Under the pieces are notes generated by a model that did no database searches, was not told the origin of the DNA, and saw only the letters and a list, made by a program, of their open reading frames with translations. This document shows, in pieces, positions 1-12,018 of a DNA stretch of 64,000 bases; within the stretch, counting starts at the first letter, position 1, and every line of letters begins with the position of its first letter. The stretch is from Octopus vulgaris. Lineage: Eukaryota. Where the stretch lies: NCBI GenBank assembly GCA_951406725.2, contig OX597818.1, positions 138,632,001 to 138,696,000 of the forward strand, in the 5' to 3' direction. Made by a program: the position numbers and the translations under genes.

Positions 1-30
1 ATAGGCATGTATAAGTGTGTATGTATATAG

Positions 31-458
31 GGGTAAATGTGATTGTGATTATGAAGCTTACTTACAAATCACCTGGATCTGGGTTCAGTCCCACTGCTTG
101 GCACACTGGGCAAGTGTCGTCTATTGCTCTGAGTTAACCAAAACCTTGTGAGTGGATTTGGTAGACAGAAAGTGAAAGAACCTCATCAAGTGTGCATACA
201 CGCATGCATATGTGTGTGTGTATGTGTGTGAGTTGATATCTCCTTGTTTTGACATCATTTGATTTTTGTAAATGAGTGTCAGTGTCATACAAGCAGAGGA
301 AGCAGCAATTCTCCATGGAAACATGTTCCTCTATGGTGAAATATCTTACTTGGAGACAGGTGGGTGTTTGTGACAGGAAGGGCATCCAGATGTGAAAAAT
401 CTGCCTCAACAAATTCTGTCTGACCCATGTGAGCAGGGAAAGTGGGCATCAAAACATT
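31..458 (+). mobile_element. Degenerate tRNA/CORE-like SINE: family A head joined to family D (RTE-like) tail
   Basis: B-box-like GGGTTCAGTCCC and CTGGGCAAGTGTC match the family A head. It ends in AGGAAGGGCATCCAG...GACCCATG...GGAAAGTGGGCATCAAAA, similar to the family D tail. Confidence 0.7.
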
Positions 459-460
459 AT

Positions 461-655
461 TCTTTTACTTGTTTCAGTCATTTGACTGCAGCCATGCTGG
501 AGCACGGCCTTTAGTCGAACAAATTGACCCCAGGACTTATTCTTTGTAAGCCTAGTACTTATTCTATTGGTCTCTTTTGACGAACTGCTAAGTTATGGGG
601 ACGTAAACACACCACCATCAGCTGTCAAGTGATGGTGTGGGGACGAACACACATA
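461..655 (-). mobile_element. SINE family A, 3' half
   Basis: TCTTTTACTTGTTTCAGTCATTTGACTGCAGCCATGCTGGAGCAC is shared with the copies at 4886, 30236 and 59313. Confidence 0.85.
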
Positions 656-734
656 TATATATATGTATATGATATAGATATACATACATATACACACATA
701 CATAAACTTGTATGCATAAATACACACACATGCT

Positions 735-785
<51 letters not shown>

Positions 786-859
786 TTGTGTGTATATATT
801 TGTGAATATGTATTTATGCATGGGTTTGTGTGTATATGTAATATGCATTTATATATATG

Positions 860-927
<68 letters not shown>

Positions 928-931
928 CATA

Positions 932-980
<49 letters not shown>

Positions 981-1062
981 TATATGTATGTATGTATGTA
1001 TGTATATATTTGTTTATATATATATGTATGTATATATTTGTATGTACATACACATATATAAT
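650..1062. repeat. Compound (TA)n/(TG)n/(TATG)n microsatellite field
   Basis: Direct reading. It explains the YI/CV-repeat ORFs. Confidence 0.95.
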
Positions 1063-1418
1063 ATTTCATGTTTAGGTGAAATTCCCTAGGTAAACATATG
1101 GACTACTTTTTGTTGTGAATTTACTTATGTGTGTGTGTGAGTGTAAATAAAACCTGTCACTTTTGTTTGTACACACAATTACTTTTAGTCACATTTCCTC
1201 TTAGATTTTGTAGAGGTAATGGTGAGATGTAAAGTAAATGGCTTTGTATCCACACGACAGTGGATGAGGAAAACAAAAGGAAATGATGAGTCAATGTATC
1301 GTGGGAGACTCTTTGACAAAAGCGTATGCATACAAACATACACACACACACACATACATGAACATTCTTGTCTGTGTATATTTATGTCTGTGTGTATATG
1401 TGTATATGTGTATATTTT

Positions 1419-1820
1419 AGGAAATACCCTCCATCAGACACCTACCATATTCTGAGCGCCTTGTTTCCCTGGGCATGGATTCACTGAAGCTCTGGCGTCT
1501 GGCGATGGACTTGGTAAACACCCACAAAGTTATCAACCACCTCACCAATAACAACACTGAACACCTTTTTGATCTCCATGTGTCTAACACACGTGGACAT
1601 GCCTACAAAGTCAGAAAACAACACAGCTCCCATGACTTTCGGAAACATTTTTTCACGCTCAGAGTTGCTGAAGCATGGAATAAACTGCCTGCGTCAGTTG
1701 TTGACTGCCATGACACTGCATCTTTTAAGGCCCTCATGCTTTCCGAAATCCGCCGAAACTACACCTGATTATATATACACTTTAGATGAGTTGTAGTGCA
1801 CCTGAGCACTGTACACAATG

Positions 1821-1870
<50 letters not shown>
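1419..1870 (+). mobile_element. CR1-clade LINE 3' fragment (ORF2 C-terminus, 3'UTR, (TTA)n tail)
   Basis: Translation LPYSERLVSLGMDSLKLWRLAMDL...TRGHAYKV...RKHFFTLRVAEAWNKLPASVV...FK matches the CR1 C-terminal pattern (Y.ERL..LGL.SL..RRL..DL, TRGH, FF..RV...WN.LP..VV). Confidence 0.9.
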
Positions 1871-2123
1871 GTGTGCATGTGCACACTTTTAGGTGTTGTT
1901 TGTCTCTAAGTGCAAAAGCGAAGGGTAAATAGTTGAAGATAGAATGCCAGAAAGTAGAGTTCTGAAGACAGGTCAACTGTAGAGATCAGAAAATCAGAAA
2001 ACGGTTTTATATTTTTTGTTTAGTCTATATAGTTCTGTTGGAATATTAGAGATTGTATATAGCCTTTGGTTTATTTAACTAAAATTTAGATATTTCATGC
2101 AGTTATACTCTACAACACATACC

Positions 2124-2357
2124 TCTCTCTCTAACCGCTCAGTCAAAGTCAACTCTCGGTCACTCGTTGGATCAGTGTCCTCCAGTCAGTTCTATCCTGG
2201 GCTGCTTCCTTCAGACTGGCCATGTCCATTCTGGTATCACTCCTGATGGTGTCAAGCCAGCAGGTTCTCGGTCGGCCTCTTCCTCTCTTGCTACTGACCA
2301 TTCCGAGCATGATGTCCTTATCCAGGGATTCTCTCCGCATGATATGACCTCCGCTCT
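2124..2357 (-). mobile_element. RTE (BovB-like) LINE 3' fragment
   Basis: GHIMRRESLDKDIMLGMVSSKRGRGRPRTCWLDTI...AAQDRTDWR is the RTE C-terminal motif, followed by a (GA)n tail. Confidence 0.88.
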
Positions 2358-3879
2358 CCTCACACATGCATGTGCATACAATTGTTGGTTGAACCTAGAA
2401 ATATTTGCAAACTTCTGAACAAAGATGAAATCTTTTCGCAATGCTACCGGATTTCACCGAGGTGTGACATGCTTGACTTATACTTCCTCAATGTGTGTCA
2501 CATTGAGCAAGTAAGAGTCTTCTGTAAACTAGATGTCAGTCAGTTTCTACATTCATTGTAAATCTATTTAATCACTAATGCCCCTGAGGGTGATATTCCC
2601 TGGGAATGCACAAAAGCCCTTTTCAGAAGTATTTACTTTGAATTGTTATTATCTCATATCTGATTAGCCTATTACTATGTAACATGCTTCATGGTTTTGG
2701 TATACATACCATATTGGTATTTCCTCTTAAGTTCTATATACTCTAGGAACGCATTAAAGCCCTTTACGGGGCTGCTTTATTTGAATTCTTTCTATCAGGT
2801 AACTGATTTCATTTTGTTATGTAACTGACTTCACAATTTGGGTATTCATAACTTATTGGGATTTCCTAAAAACAACATCCTATGTAAGACAGTTTGGTAT
2901 TCTCTGTAAATGCACAAAAACCATTTTAAGTGTTACATACAGTGTATCGTTGTTATTAGATTAGCGAAACAATTATGAGAATGGAACAAAGGGATAATCC
3001 CTGCTTTTCTGGGAATAACTGGGTCCATCAGCTAGTATATATTCAACAGTTGAAACACTCCTGTCACAACCTTGGACCTTGAAGACTGCTTTAATGCAAG
3101 AAAGTACACTAGTCCCTTAATATTTGATATTCAATATTTCATCTATTCAATAAGACAATCAATACTTCATTTCATTTTACTATATATATACTATTTATAC
3201 TATGTATTCTATATTCTACATTAATATTATAAAAGATATAAATAAAACATAGAAAACAGAGTTGGAATTCCTTTGAATAACATATACCCCTCTATACACA
3301 ATAATACAAACCCCTTTGTATACATACACATATCTTACACATATATAATTATATATATATATAATCTTACATCTTTTATGGTTGACAGTGACTTAGGTGT
3401 CTGGGCCAGCTAAGCCATCAATGAATGGGTTTAGCTGGTTGAAATTTCAAAGTCACTCACTGGCAACAGTATTCTTGTATAAGATTGATAAATTTGTACT
3501 CTACAAAAGTATAGAGTAACCCATCAGATTAATGTAATATTATTTTTTTTATAAGTGAACATAGAAACAAACATTGATATATATATATATATAAAGGAGT
3601 GATGTAAGAAAGTTTTTTGCTGTGGAAAATATATTCCGTGTTTAAATCATGTTTTCTTTGTAACTAGAAAAAAGGATCAACCTGACTGGTTTTAGTGTTT
3701 TTATTATTGCTTCATCAGTGATTAATTGTAGCTTATTGCTATTTTTAGTATAAACTATATCAAAATAGAACTAAAGTGGTCTGTGCTAGTTTTATAACAG
3801 TGCAATCGTTGATGTATATTAATTAGTTAATAAGAGTACTACATGGCATTAGAATTAATTATACAATTTGCTGTAATGT

Positions 3880-4140
3880 AGTCCTTTTCTCTTTTAAAAG
3901 CAAATACTTTGAGAAAAACATTGTTTACTATGCTGCTGCCTCTATGACCAACCAACCCATCAACAAAGTACACAAGCCTAATGGAGCTCAACTGTAAAAG
4001 TTACTTGCATCGCTATGGCACCTTTTTCACAACTTTCAAAGAGAGCACCAGTATCTTATGGGCAGTGTTAGATAAGACAGTCATATAAGAATGATCAAAA
4101 TATTGCAATCTCTGTCTTACAGAAAAACACCACACCCTAC
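3880..4140 (+). pseudogene. Degenerate Penelope-like element GIY-YIG endonuclease relic
   Basis: With a frameshift and stops it reads KSKYFEKNIVYYAA... KYTSLMELNCKSYLHRYGTFF...ILWAVLDK...SKYCNLCLTEKHHTL, resembling the PLE pattern IVY.A..YIG..W.IL..C.LCL.EK. Confidence 0.6.
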
Positions 4141-4388
4141 CTTGATCTGTAAATAAAAAGAATGCACTAATTTTGATTTGTTGACATGTGCCCAAATTTT
4201 TCCTTGGGAATTTGAAAAAGGGTTCACTGATGCATGACACTGCTTAGTCATTCCATTCCATTCCGTTCCGTTCCTTTCCTTTTCCAACTCACTGACTTGG
4301 TTGACTGAAAGGCTGATTAAACAAAACCAGTGGTCTGGGTATGTAATCCTTGTTTCTCTCACATAAATCAAGCACAAACACACACAAA

Positions 4389-4425
<37 letters not shown>

Positions 4426-4885
4426 CACTGCCAGATACGTAATCAAGTCTTTTCTCTGATACAATGCCATTTTTAAGGAGAAAGGGAATAATCGAGTTAG
4501 TTGTGTTATTGATTTCTAAACAGTGTAGACGGCCACAAATTTTAGGCGAAAGCACAGTGTCTAAGATCAAACTGCAGTTACTGACTAATAGTTATTTTAT
4601 CGACCCATAAAAGGATGAATGGTAAAGTTGACATCAGTGGGAATTGAATGTAAAGAAATCTACTACAAGCTCTTGTTTTATTGACCACCAAAAGAAAGCA
4701 AGTCAACTTGATATAGAGCAGAGTTTGAACTCAAAATCATAGACACCCTAAATCAGTAATCACTTGCAGTAGTTAAGTGAATGAAGAAGTCTCCACATGA
4801 GTGCAAGAAATAGTAGTTAAGTTTTTCTCATCATGCCATCATGGAAAATTAAAAAAAAAAAGAGCACAGTGAATAGTATGGTCTT

Positions 4886-5301
4886 ACTCTTTACTCTTTT
4901 ACTCTTTTACTTGTTTCAGTCATCTGACTGCGGCCATGCTGGAGCACCGCCTTCTAGTTGAGTAAATCGACCCCAGGACTTATTCTTTGTAAGCCTAGTA
5001 CTTATTCTATCAATCTCTTTTGCTGAACCGCTAAGTTACGGGGACGTAAACACACCACCATCAGTTGTCAAGCAAATGGTGGGGGGACAAACACAGACAC
5101 ACAAACATATACACACACACATATATATACATATATACGACGGGCTTCTTCCAGTTTCCGTCTACCAAATCCACTCACAAAGCTTTGGTCGGCCTGAGTC
5201 TATAGTAGAAGACACTTGCTCAAGGTGCCACACAGTAGGAATGAACCCAGAACCATGTGGTTGGTAAACAAGCAACTTACCACACAGCCACTCCTGCGCC
5301 T
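4886..5301 (-). mobile_element. SINE family A, full length (tRNA head, CORE-like segment, internal microsatellite, (GTAAAAGA)n tail)
   Basis: TSD TGGTCTT at 4879-4885 and 5302-5308. Head on the minus strand reads GGCGCAGGAGTGGCTGTGTGGTAAG (A box). Confidence 0.9.
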
Positions 5302-5894
5302 TGGTCTTGCATAGATTATTTTAAAATATTATGGTCCTGGTTGGAGGGCTTTGATGAGGTTGCTTTATTGAAGTGAACCTGGGGCTAAACAGCAGCAGCA
5401 GTAGTAGTGTGTATGTGTGTTTCCATACTGATGATGGTTATCATACATTTACAGATTATTAAGGATTCTTTAAGCTACTCCTTTGGATTACAAAAACTTA
5501 TGTTCTTTGAATGGGTGTGGCAGCTGTTTTTTTGAGTGAATACAGAGAAATTTAAGCAACATTATGCAATGAGGCTTGTCCAAAAATACTATCTTTTGGC
5601 CCCATCTCTCTCAGTTTCACTTCTTTTCTTGCACACATATACCTTTATCTGTGTGTGTATGTATGTTTGTGTAAATATGTGTGTGTGTGTGTAAATACAT
5701 AGATGTCTGTGTGTGTGTATGTATATATATATACATATATATATATGTCCGTTCTTTAGTTTAAGTATTAGATCTCACAAATTTCAGAAATGTCAGTACT
5801 TTTATCTTCAAGCAGTTCTTTAAATTCAGTCGAAAAATATAACACACGAGTATAAAATACACTCATACAATGCGCACTTTAAACACACGCGCAT

Positions 5895-6033
<139 letters not shown>

Positions 6034-6162
6034 ATCTTGTGGGAGCTTGTTCACATATATTCTGTAACATTTTGTTGGCCAATGCCATGTGAGATGATTT
6101 TGGCAGAGTTGTGTTTGTTTAACATTGTGAAATAGCATCAAATTGCGTCCTTCTTACATGAA

Positions 6163-6196
<34 letters not shown>

Positions 6197-6357
6197 CTTA
6201 ACAATTCAAGAATAGAAAGCAGTAAAATAATAAAATATATATAAAACTGAAACAAGTACTAAACTTGACTAGGCTGTGTTCCTAGAAAGGCTATACTTTA
6301 TCCAATGACTAACACTATTAAAAGAATTAAGGAACATACACATATGTTTATAAATAT

Positions 6358-6575
6358 AAAAGGGGTAGCTGAAAAGTTCCTGGCTTTTAGGTAAAGGAAA
6401 ATAAAAAAGGATTAGTTAATTATTTTATTTAATATATATTTTCCTCTCAGTTTCACACACTTATTGCTGTGGTCCTTAAGTTTTTCTAAGCCCTGTAAAA
6501 GAACTTCGAAGGTTGGGCCTCCAACCATGCTTTTTGCGATACCCTTAGAACCAGGAACTTTTTGGCACCTTCTTG
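6358..6575 (-). mobile_element. Mariner-type MITE retaining the transposase C-terminus
   Basis: TIRs GCTGAAAAGTTCCTGG ... CCAGGAACTTTTTGGC. The minus strand reads GLEKLKDHSNKCVKLRGKYI, like mariner GI.KL..RW.KC...GDY. Confidence 0.8.
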
Positions 6576-6675
6576 TGTGTGTGTGTATACACAAGGGGGT
6601 GGGGTGCTGAAAAGTTCCTGGCTTTTGGGCAAAAGAAAATACAAGAGGATCAGTTAATTATGATTTGATCCAACA

Positions 6676-7045
6676 CTAGCAGTATGATCCGGAAACGCCA
6701 GGTCATAGTGCTAGTGCATGCATATACAGTTGCGTGCATGCATGTGCACATACATGTGAGTACTGTCCAAATCTCCGACCAATCACATACAGCTAGCTGG
6801 CATTCAATTGGTGTATCAAGTTTCAGGCATTTTTCTTATTGGGTTTTGGGCAGAAAATTCACAAAAAAGTCACTTCTATTAATTTTTTAATGGCTTTGCG
6901 GGGTGACTGGGGAAATGTAAAGATGTGCACGACCACCCTTGGACGGTTTTGAATGACCATAGAAAGTGCAACCCTCTAACTGAAAAATTATGGATTTGTA
7001 TAAAGGACATGCACACAGTCATTTTGCCGTTTATATATATAGAGA
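6676..7045 (-). mobile_element. Non-autonomous Helitron-like element
   Basis: The minus strand starts A|TCTCTATATATATAAACGG and ends with a GC hairpin (TATGACCTGG-CGTTT-CCGGATCATA) then CTGCTAG|T. No TSD; inserted in an AT site. Confidence 0.75.
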
Positions 7046-7056
7046 TATATATATAC

Positions 7057-7566
7057 AGGCGAGCTGGCAGAAACGTTAGCACGCTGGGCGAAATGCAAAG
7101 CCGTATTTCGTCTGTCGTTATGTTCTGAGTTCAAATTCCGCCGAGGTCGACTTTACCTTTCATCCTTTTGGGGTCAATAAATTAAGTACCAGTTACGCAC
7201 TGGGGTCGATGTAATCGACTTAATCCCTTTGTCTGTCCTTGTTTGTCCCCTCTTGTGTTTAGCCCCTTGTGGGTAGTAAAGAAATATATATACATATAGA
7301 GGGCAGGTAGTAAAGAAATATATATACATATAGAGGGCGGCGAGCGGGCAGAAACATTAGCACGCCGGGTGAGATGCGTAGCCATATTTCGTCTGTCGTT
7401 ACGTTCTGAGTTCAAATTCCGCCGAGGTCGACTTTGCCTTTCATCCTTTCGGGGTCGATAAATTAAGTACCAGTTATGCACTGGGGTCGATGTAATTGAC
7501 TTAATCCCTTTGTCTGTCCTTGTTTGTCCCCTCTTGTGTTTAGCCCCATGTGGGTAGTAAAGAAAT
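7057..7566 (+). mobile_element. Tandem pair of SINE family B (7057-7290, 7334-7566)
   Basis: Each copy has A box (AGCTGGCAGAA), B box (GAGTTCAAATTCC) and a central GCCTTTCATCCTTTCGGGGTCGATAAATTAAGTACCAG that resembles the Meta-SINE domain (recalled, not verified). The spacer is itself duplicated. Confidence 0.9.
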
Positions 7567-7579
7567 ATATATATACATA

Positions 7580-7665
7580 TACGGCCATATCACGTTGAAA
7601 GCACCGTCGAGCCTAGTCAGTACTTAGATGGGTGACCGCTTGGGAAACCTAGGTGCAGTAAGCAT
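7580..7665 (+). pseudogene. 5S rRNA-derived sequence with internal deletion
   Basis: TACGGCCATATCACGTTGAAAGCACCG|TCGAGCCTAGTCAGTACTTAGATGGGTGACCGCTTGGGAAACCTAGGTGCAGTAAGCAT aligns to the 5' and 3' parts of metazoan 5S rRNA. About 30 nt containing box A are missing. Confidence 0.88.
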
Positions 7666-7676
7666 AGCAGAATGTT

Positions 7677-7824
7677 ACTACACTCGCGCGAGTGGTTGGC
7701 GTTAGGAAGGGCATCCAGCTGTAGAAACTCTGCCAGATAAGACTGGAGCCTGGTGCAGCCCCTGGCTTCCCAGACCCCGGTCGAACCGTCCAACCGGTGC
7801 TAGCGTGGAAAACGGACGTTAAAC

Positions 7825-7862
<38 letters not shown>
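7677..7862 (+). mobile_element. Family D 3' tail (RTE-like, (GAT)n end), directly after the 5S piece
   Basis: GTTGGCGTTAGGAAGGGCATCCAGCTGTAGAAAC...GGAAAACGGACGTTAAAC(GAT)n is nearly identical to 60899-61053. Confidence 0.9.
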
Positions 7863-7864
<2 letters not shown>

Positions 7865-8449
7865 CCCCACTCAGATGTATGCACTTATTGCAGTGGTCCT
7901 TCAGTTTTTCTAAGCCTTGTAAAAGAACTCTGAAGGTTGGGCCCATTTTCACACCTTTCACGATACCCTTAAAGCCAGAAACTTTTCAGCACATCCTTGA
8001 ATATATGGAGAAACAATCAACTAGATGGAATGTTTGTGTGTGTTTAAGTGAGAGAATGACAAAATCCTACCATGCCAACATTCCAGTCATCTACTTGTTT
8101 CACCATTCTGATATTACTCATACCTTAAAATTCCCTTCTTTTGGTCCTTTATTTTTGGTCCTTTTTTTTGTAAAATGCTTAATTGTTTTCTCACTTGATT
8201 TTCTTTCCCTCTATTTCTGTCTTAACTCTTGTCATGTTATCTTCAATAATTCCCTAATTGTCATTCTTTTAAGATTTCTTTCTTTATGGAACCCTCCTTT
8301 TTCCATTCCCTAATTTTGCTATTGAATCCCTCTCCACTATGTATTTTCAACCCTTCTTTTGTCTTCTTCAAGCTGCACTTGAAATTCAAGAGGAGTATAA
8401 ATACCTGAGTAACAAATTCATCATTACACACCCACACAAACACACAGTT

Positions 8450-8501
<52 letters not shown>

Positions 8502-9183
8502 GCGTGCACACACACACACACGCGTGCGCACACACACACACACTCATACACACACACATACACACACACATACACACATACACACATACGCACACACACA
8601 CACTCATACACACACATACACTCATACACACACACACACAAAGTTATAAATATATATATATTATATACACACGCACGTTTTGTATATGCAGGTGTGTGTG
8701 TGTATACTTATATGTTTACTTGTATACAATAAATGTGTGTATTCTGAGAACATTGCATGCACATGCATGCATACACGCATGCAGAAACGTACACATGCAT
8801 GTACACATACACACACACACACACATACATGCACACAAAATATTTCGCATAAATATACAAAACAAACTCGACTTTTGTTTCAAGTAGAATTAAAACTTTT
8901 GAAAGTGTAAAAATTAAAATATTGCTTAATAGATGTAAAATAATGAAATTAAAACGAAATAAAGTCTGGGAAAGTGATTTAGGAAAATAAACCTGAAGAT
9001 GTAAAAACAAATTTTAAAAAAAACTATAAAGTAAAAAGGAAAACAAATAAACAGACTGGAAAACATGCATTTTAAAGAGGAATATCCACTGAAATGGAAG
9101 GAATGGTATTTCATTTTTGGCTGTGAAGAATTTAAATCAAAGCCACATCAAAGATGCGTTAGCTCAGCACTCTTTCACTAATG

Positions 9184-9237
<54 letters not shown>

Positions 9238-9345
9238 TTACCACTACTATTGCTGCCGCCACCACCACCATCACCACCATCACCACCACCACCACCACCA
9301 CCACCACCACACCAATACCACTGTCACCATCACCACTACTACTAC
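9184..9345. repeat. (CTA)n/(CAC)n trinucleotide repeats
   Basis: Direct reading. Confidence 0.95.
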
Positions 9346-9714
9346 TTTCGTAGCCATAAGTGTGATGGACATTGCAAGGGCAAATTACAAAAGTATATAT
9401 CGGTTAGAAAAACTATAACTAATAATTGTTTCTGATAGAGACACGAAGTCTGAAAATTTAAGGGAAGGGTATAAATCATCATATCAACCCTAGTATTTAA
9501 CTGGTACTTCATGTTGACATTCGCTAGACTGGAACTCAGAATGTAAAGAACAATAATAAATAGCACCAAGTATTTTCTCTCATGGTTTATTGGAAGAGGT
9601 GGAGTCCAATCAAATTGAATTAATTGTTATTTATTTTATTAACCTTAAATTAATGAAGGGCACAATCAATCATTGCAAGATCTTTTGCATTGAGACAAAT
9701 ATGTATTTTGCATA

Positions 9715-10580
9715 TCTTTTATTTGTTTCACTCATTTCACTATGGCCATGCTGGAGCACAACCTAGAATGGTTTTAATTGAACAAATCAACACCAGAACT
9801 TTTTTTTTAAGCCTAATACTTATTTTATCTGTCTCTTTTGCCAGACTGCTAAGTTATGAGGATGTAAACACCATTACTGGCTGTCAAGTGGTGGTAATCA
9901 TGGGGACAAACAGAGACACAAAGACACACACATACGAAGAGCTTCTTTCAGTTTCCATCTACCAAATCCACTCACAAGTCTTTGGTTGGCTCAAGGCTAT
10001 AGTAGAAGACACTATAGTCTCTTGTTGACATAGGAAGGGCATACAGCGGTAGAAACGAAGCCAAATCAAACTGGAACCTGGGTCTAGCTCTCCAGCTCTA
10101 GTCAAACTGTCTAACACAGTGGTTCCCAAACTATGAGTTGCGACCCACAGATGGGTCGCGAACGGAATCTTAGTGGGTCGCAAAAAGTTATAAAATTACG
10201 CATTAGCTTTGATTAACTGCTGTCTATCGAGATAGTTCAGTAGAGTTAAGTGGGTCGTCATAAACTGGTGGGATAAATAGTGGGTCGTCATAAACTAGTG
10301 GGATAAATAGTGGTTCGTCATAAACTGGTGGGATAAATAGTGGGTTGCGACTCTAAAAAGTTTGAGAACCACTGGTCCAGCATGAAAAATTAACATTAAA
10401 TGATGATGAGATATGACAGGCTTCTTTCGGTTTCCATCTACAAGTCCATTCATAAGGCTTTGGTCAGCCCAGGGCTAAAATAGAAGACACTTGCCCTAAT
10501 TGCCGCATAGTGGGACTGAATCTGGAACCATGTGGCCAGGAACCAAGCTTCTTATACATCACAGCCACGTCTCTGCCTCA
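9715..10580 (-). mobile_element. Degenerate family A SINE pieces interrupted by a family D tail and an hAT MITE
   Basis: Family A sequence at 9715-10012 and 10415-10580. Family D tail on the plus strand at ~10025-10410. Confidence 0.7.
10117..10374. mobile_element. hAT (Charlie-like) MITE with internal 30-bp tandem repeats
   Basis: TIRs CAGTGGTTCCCAAACT / AGTTTGAGAACCACTG. Degenerate 8-bp TSD GTCTAACA/GTCCAGCA. GTGGGTCGTCATAAACTGGTGGGATAAATA occurs three times. Confidence 0.85.
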
Positions 10581-10957
10581 CAGGCTTCCACACAGTTTCT
10601 GGGCTAAATGTTTATAAAGTGTGTGTATGCATATATATATATTATGAAAATAAAATAACATATGCTCTCAAGAAATAATGATGATGATAAGAATGATAAT
10701 AATAGTTTCTTAATGTAAATGAAGCTTGGCATGTCAAGGGAGATGAAATCACATTTATAAATCAGGTTTTCTGACATTTCCCTCTTTGACATTTTATCGG
10801 AATGAAAAAAAAAAATTTTAGGAAAGAAAGAAATTCTAAAATTTGGTAGTGCCAACAACAATAATAATTTATCTAAACACATGACTAATTTTATCTCGAA
10901 GAAGAATTATAAATTGATTCAGAAAGCACCTCAGTATTTTGTTAGTACTTATTGGAG

Positions 10958-11010
<53 letters not shown>

Positions 11011-11537
11011 AGATAGAGAGAGAGAGAGAGAGAGAGTGTGTGAGAGAGAGGAGTTGATCTTAGCATGATTTGAACTCTGTGCAATTGAAGTGTTGGAACA
11101 GTTCTTGAGTATAGAATCCAGTACTTTAGATTCTCCTATAATATAATCTATAGAGGTTTGAGTTTGATAATAAGTTTCTTTCTGTGTTGGTATTTAGATA
11201 AAACAGAAGACAAGACTGTTGCTATCTGGTGCGGTTGTTAGTTGTCACCTGGAGAAATAATTTTCTCCCATCTGGTAGAGTAGTTTACTGTGGTCTGACG
11301 GGGATAAATAGATTTACCATCATCTGGTGAAGCAGTTTATTGTCCTCTTGTGAATCCGGTGGAATAGTATGAATAGTTGTTAATTAATGGAAAATAGTTT
11401 AATGACTTCTGGTAGAATAGATTAGTGGCATCTGCTGAAGTATCTTTGCTGACTGTACATTGGGATAATTTAATCCCATGTATGTTAAAGTGATAACTGA
11501 AGATGAAGTCACAGTCACACATGCATAAACACACACA

Positions 11538-11625
<88 letters not shown>

Positions 11626-11626
<1 letters not shown>

Positions 11627-11835
11627 ATTTCTTTTCTACCCACAAGGGGCTAAACACAGAGAGGACAAACAAGGACAGATTAAGTCGATTATATCAACCC
11701 CAGTGCGTAACTGGTACTTATTTAATCGACCCCCGAAAGGATGAAAGGCAAAGTCGACCTCGGCGGAATTTGAACTCAGAACGTAACGGCAAGACAAAAT
11801 ACGGCTACGCATTTCGCCCGACGTGCTAACGTTTC
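11626..11835 (-). mobile_element. SINE family B
   Basis: Reverse complement of the family B sequence. Confidence 0.9.
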
Positions 11836-12018
11836 ACACACACACACTAACACACATACACATAAACACACATAGACAATGAGACATATGTACACTCATA
11901 AGTTTTCACATTAATATACAATGATAATAATGCAGTGATAATAAAAAAAAAAGAGGGGTACAAAAAAAAAAACGAGGGGTACCTTAAGAAAAGAATTTCC
12001 GAACCTATAATAATTAAA

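Larger units (their letters stand above)
6591..7999 (-). mobile_element. Second mariner MITE copy, split into 6591-6675 and 7863-7999 by nested insertions
   Basis: The two halves are collinear with the copy at 6358-6575. Right TIR reads AAAGCCAGAAACTTTTCAGCAC. Confidence 0.8.

Noticed and set aside
593-1089. Long ORFs rich in YI/HT/CV (also at 8261-8887, 20822-21391, 44032-44433, 54617-55107, 63187-63599)
   Set aside because: They are translations of stop-free dinucleotide microsatellites, not genes.
2398-2516. Possible exon NICKLLNKDEIFSQCYRISPRCDMLDLYFLNVCHIEQ ending at CAA|GTAAGA
   Set aside because: Weak acceptor, no recognisable protein motif and no partner exons. It would need RNA-seq support.
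3008-3036. Possible Helitron 3' end (CTGGGAATAACTGGGTCCATCAGCTAGT)
   Set aside because: The hairpin is too degenerate and no 5' end was identified.
10250-10345. 30-bp repeats resembling a CRISPR array
   Set aside because: They are contiguous tandem units without spacers, inside a eukaryotic MITE.
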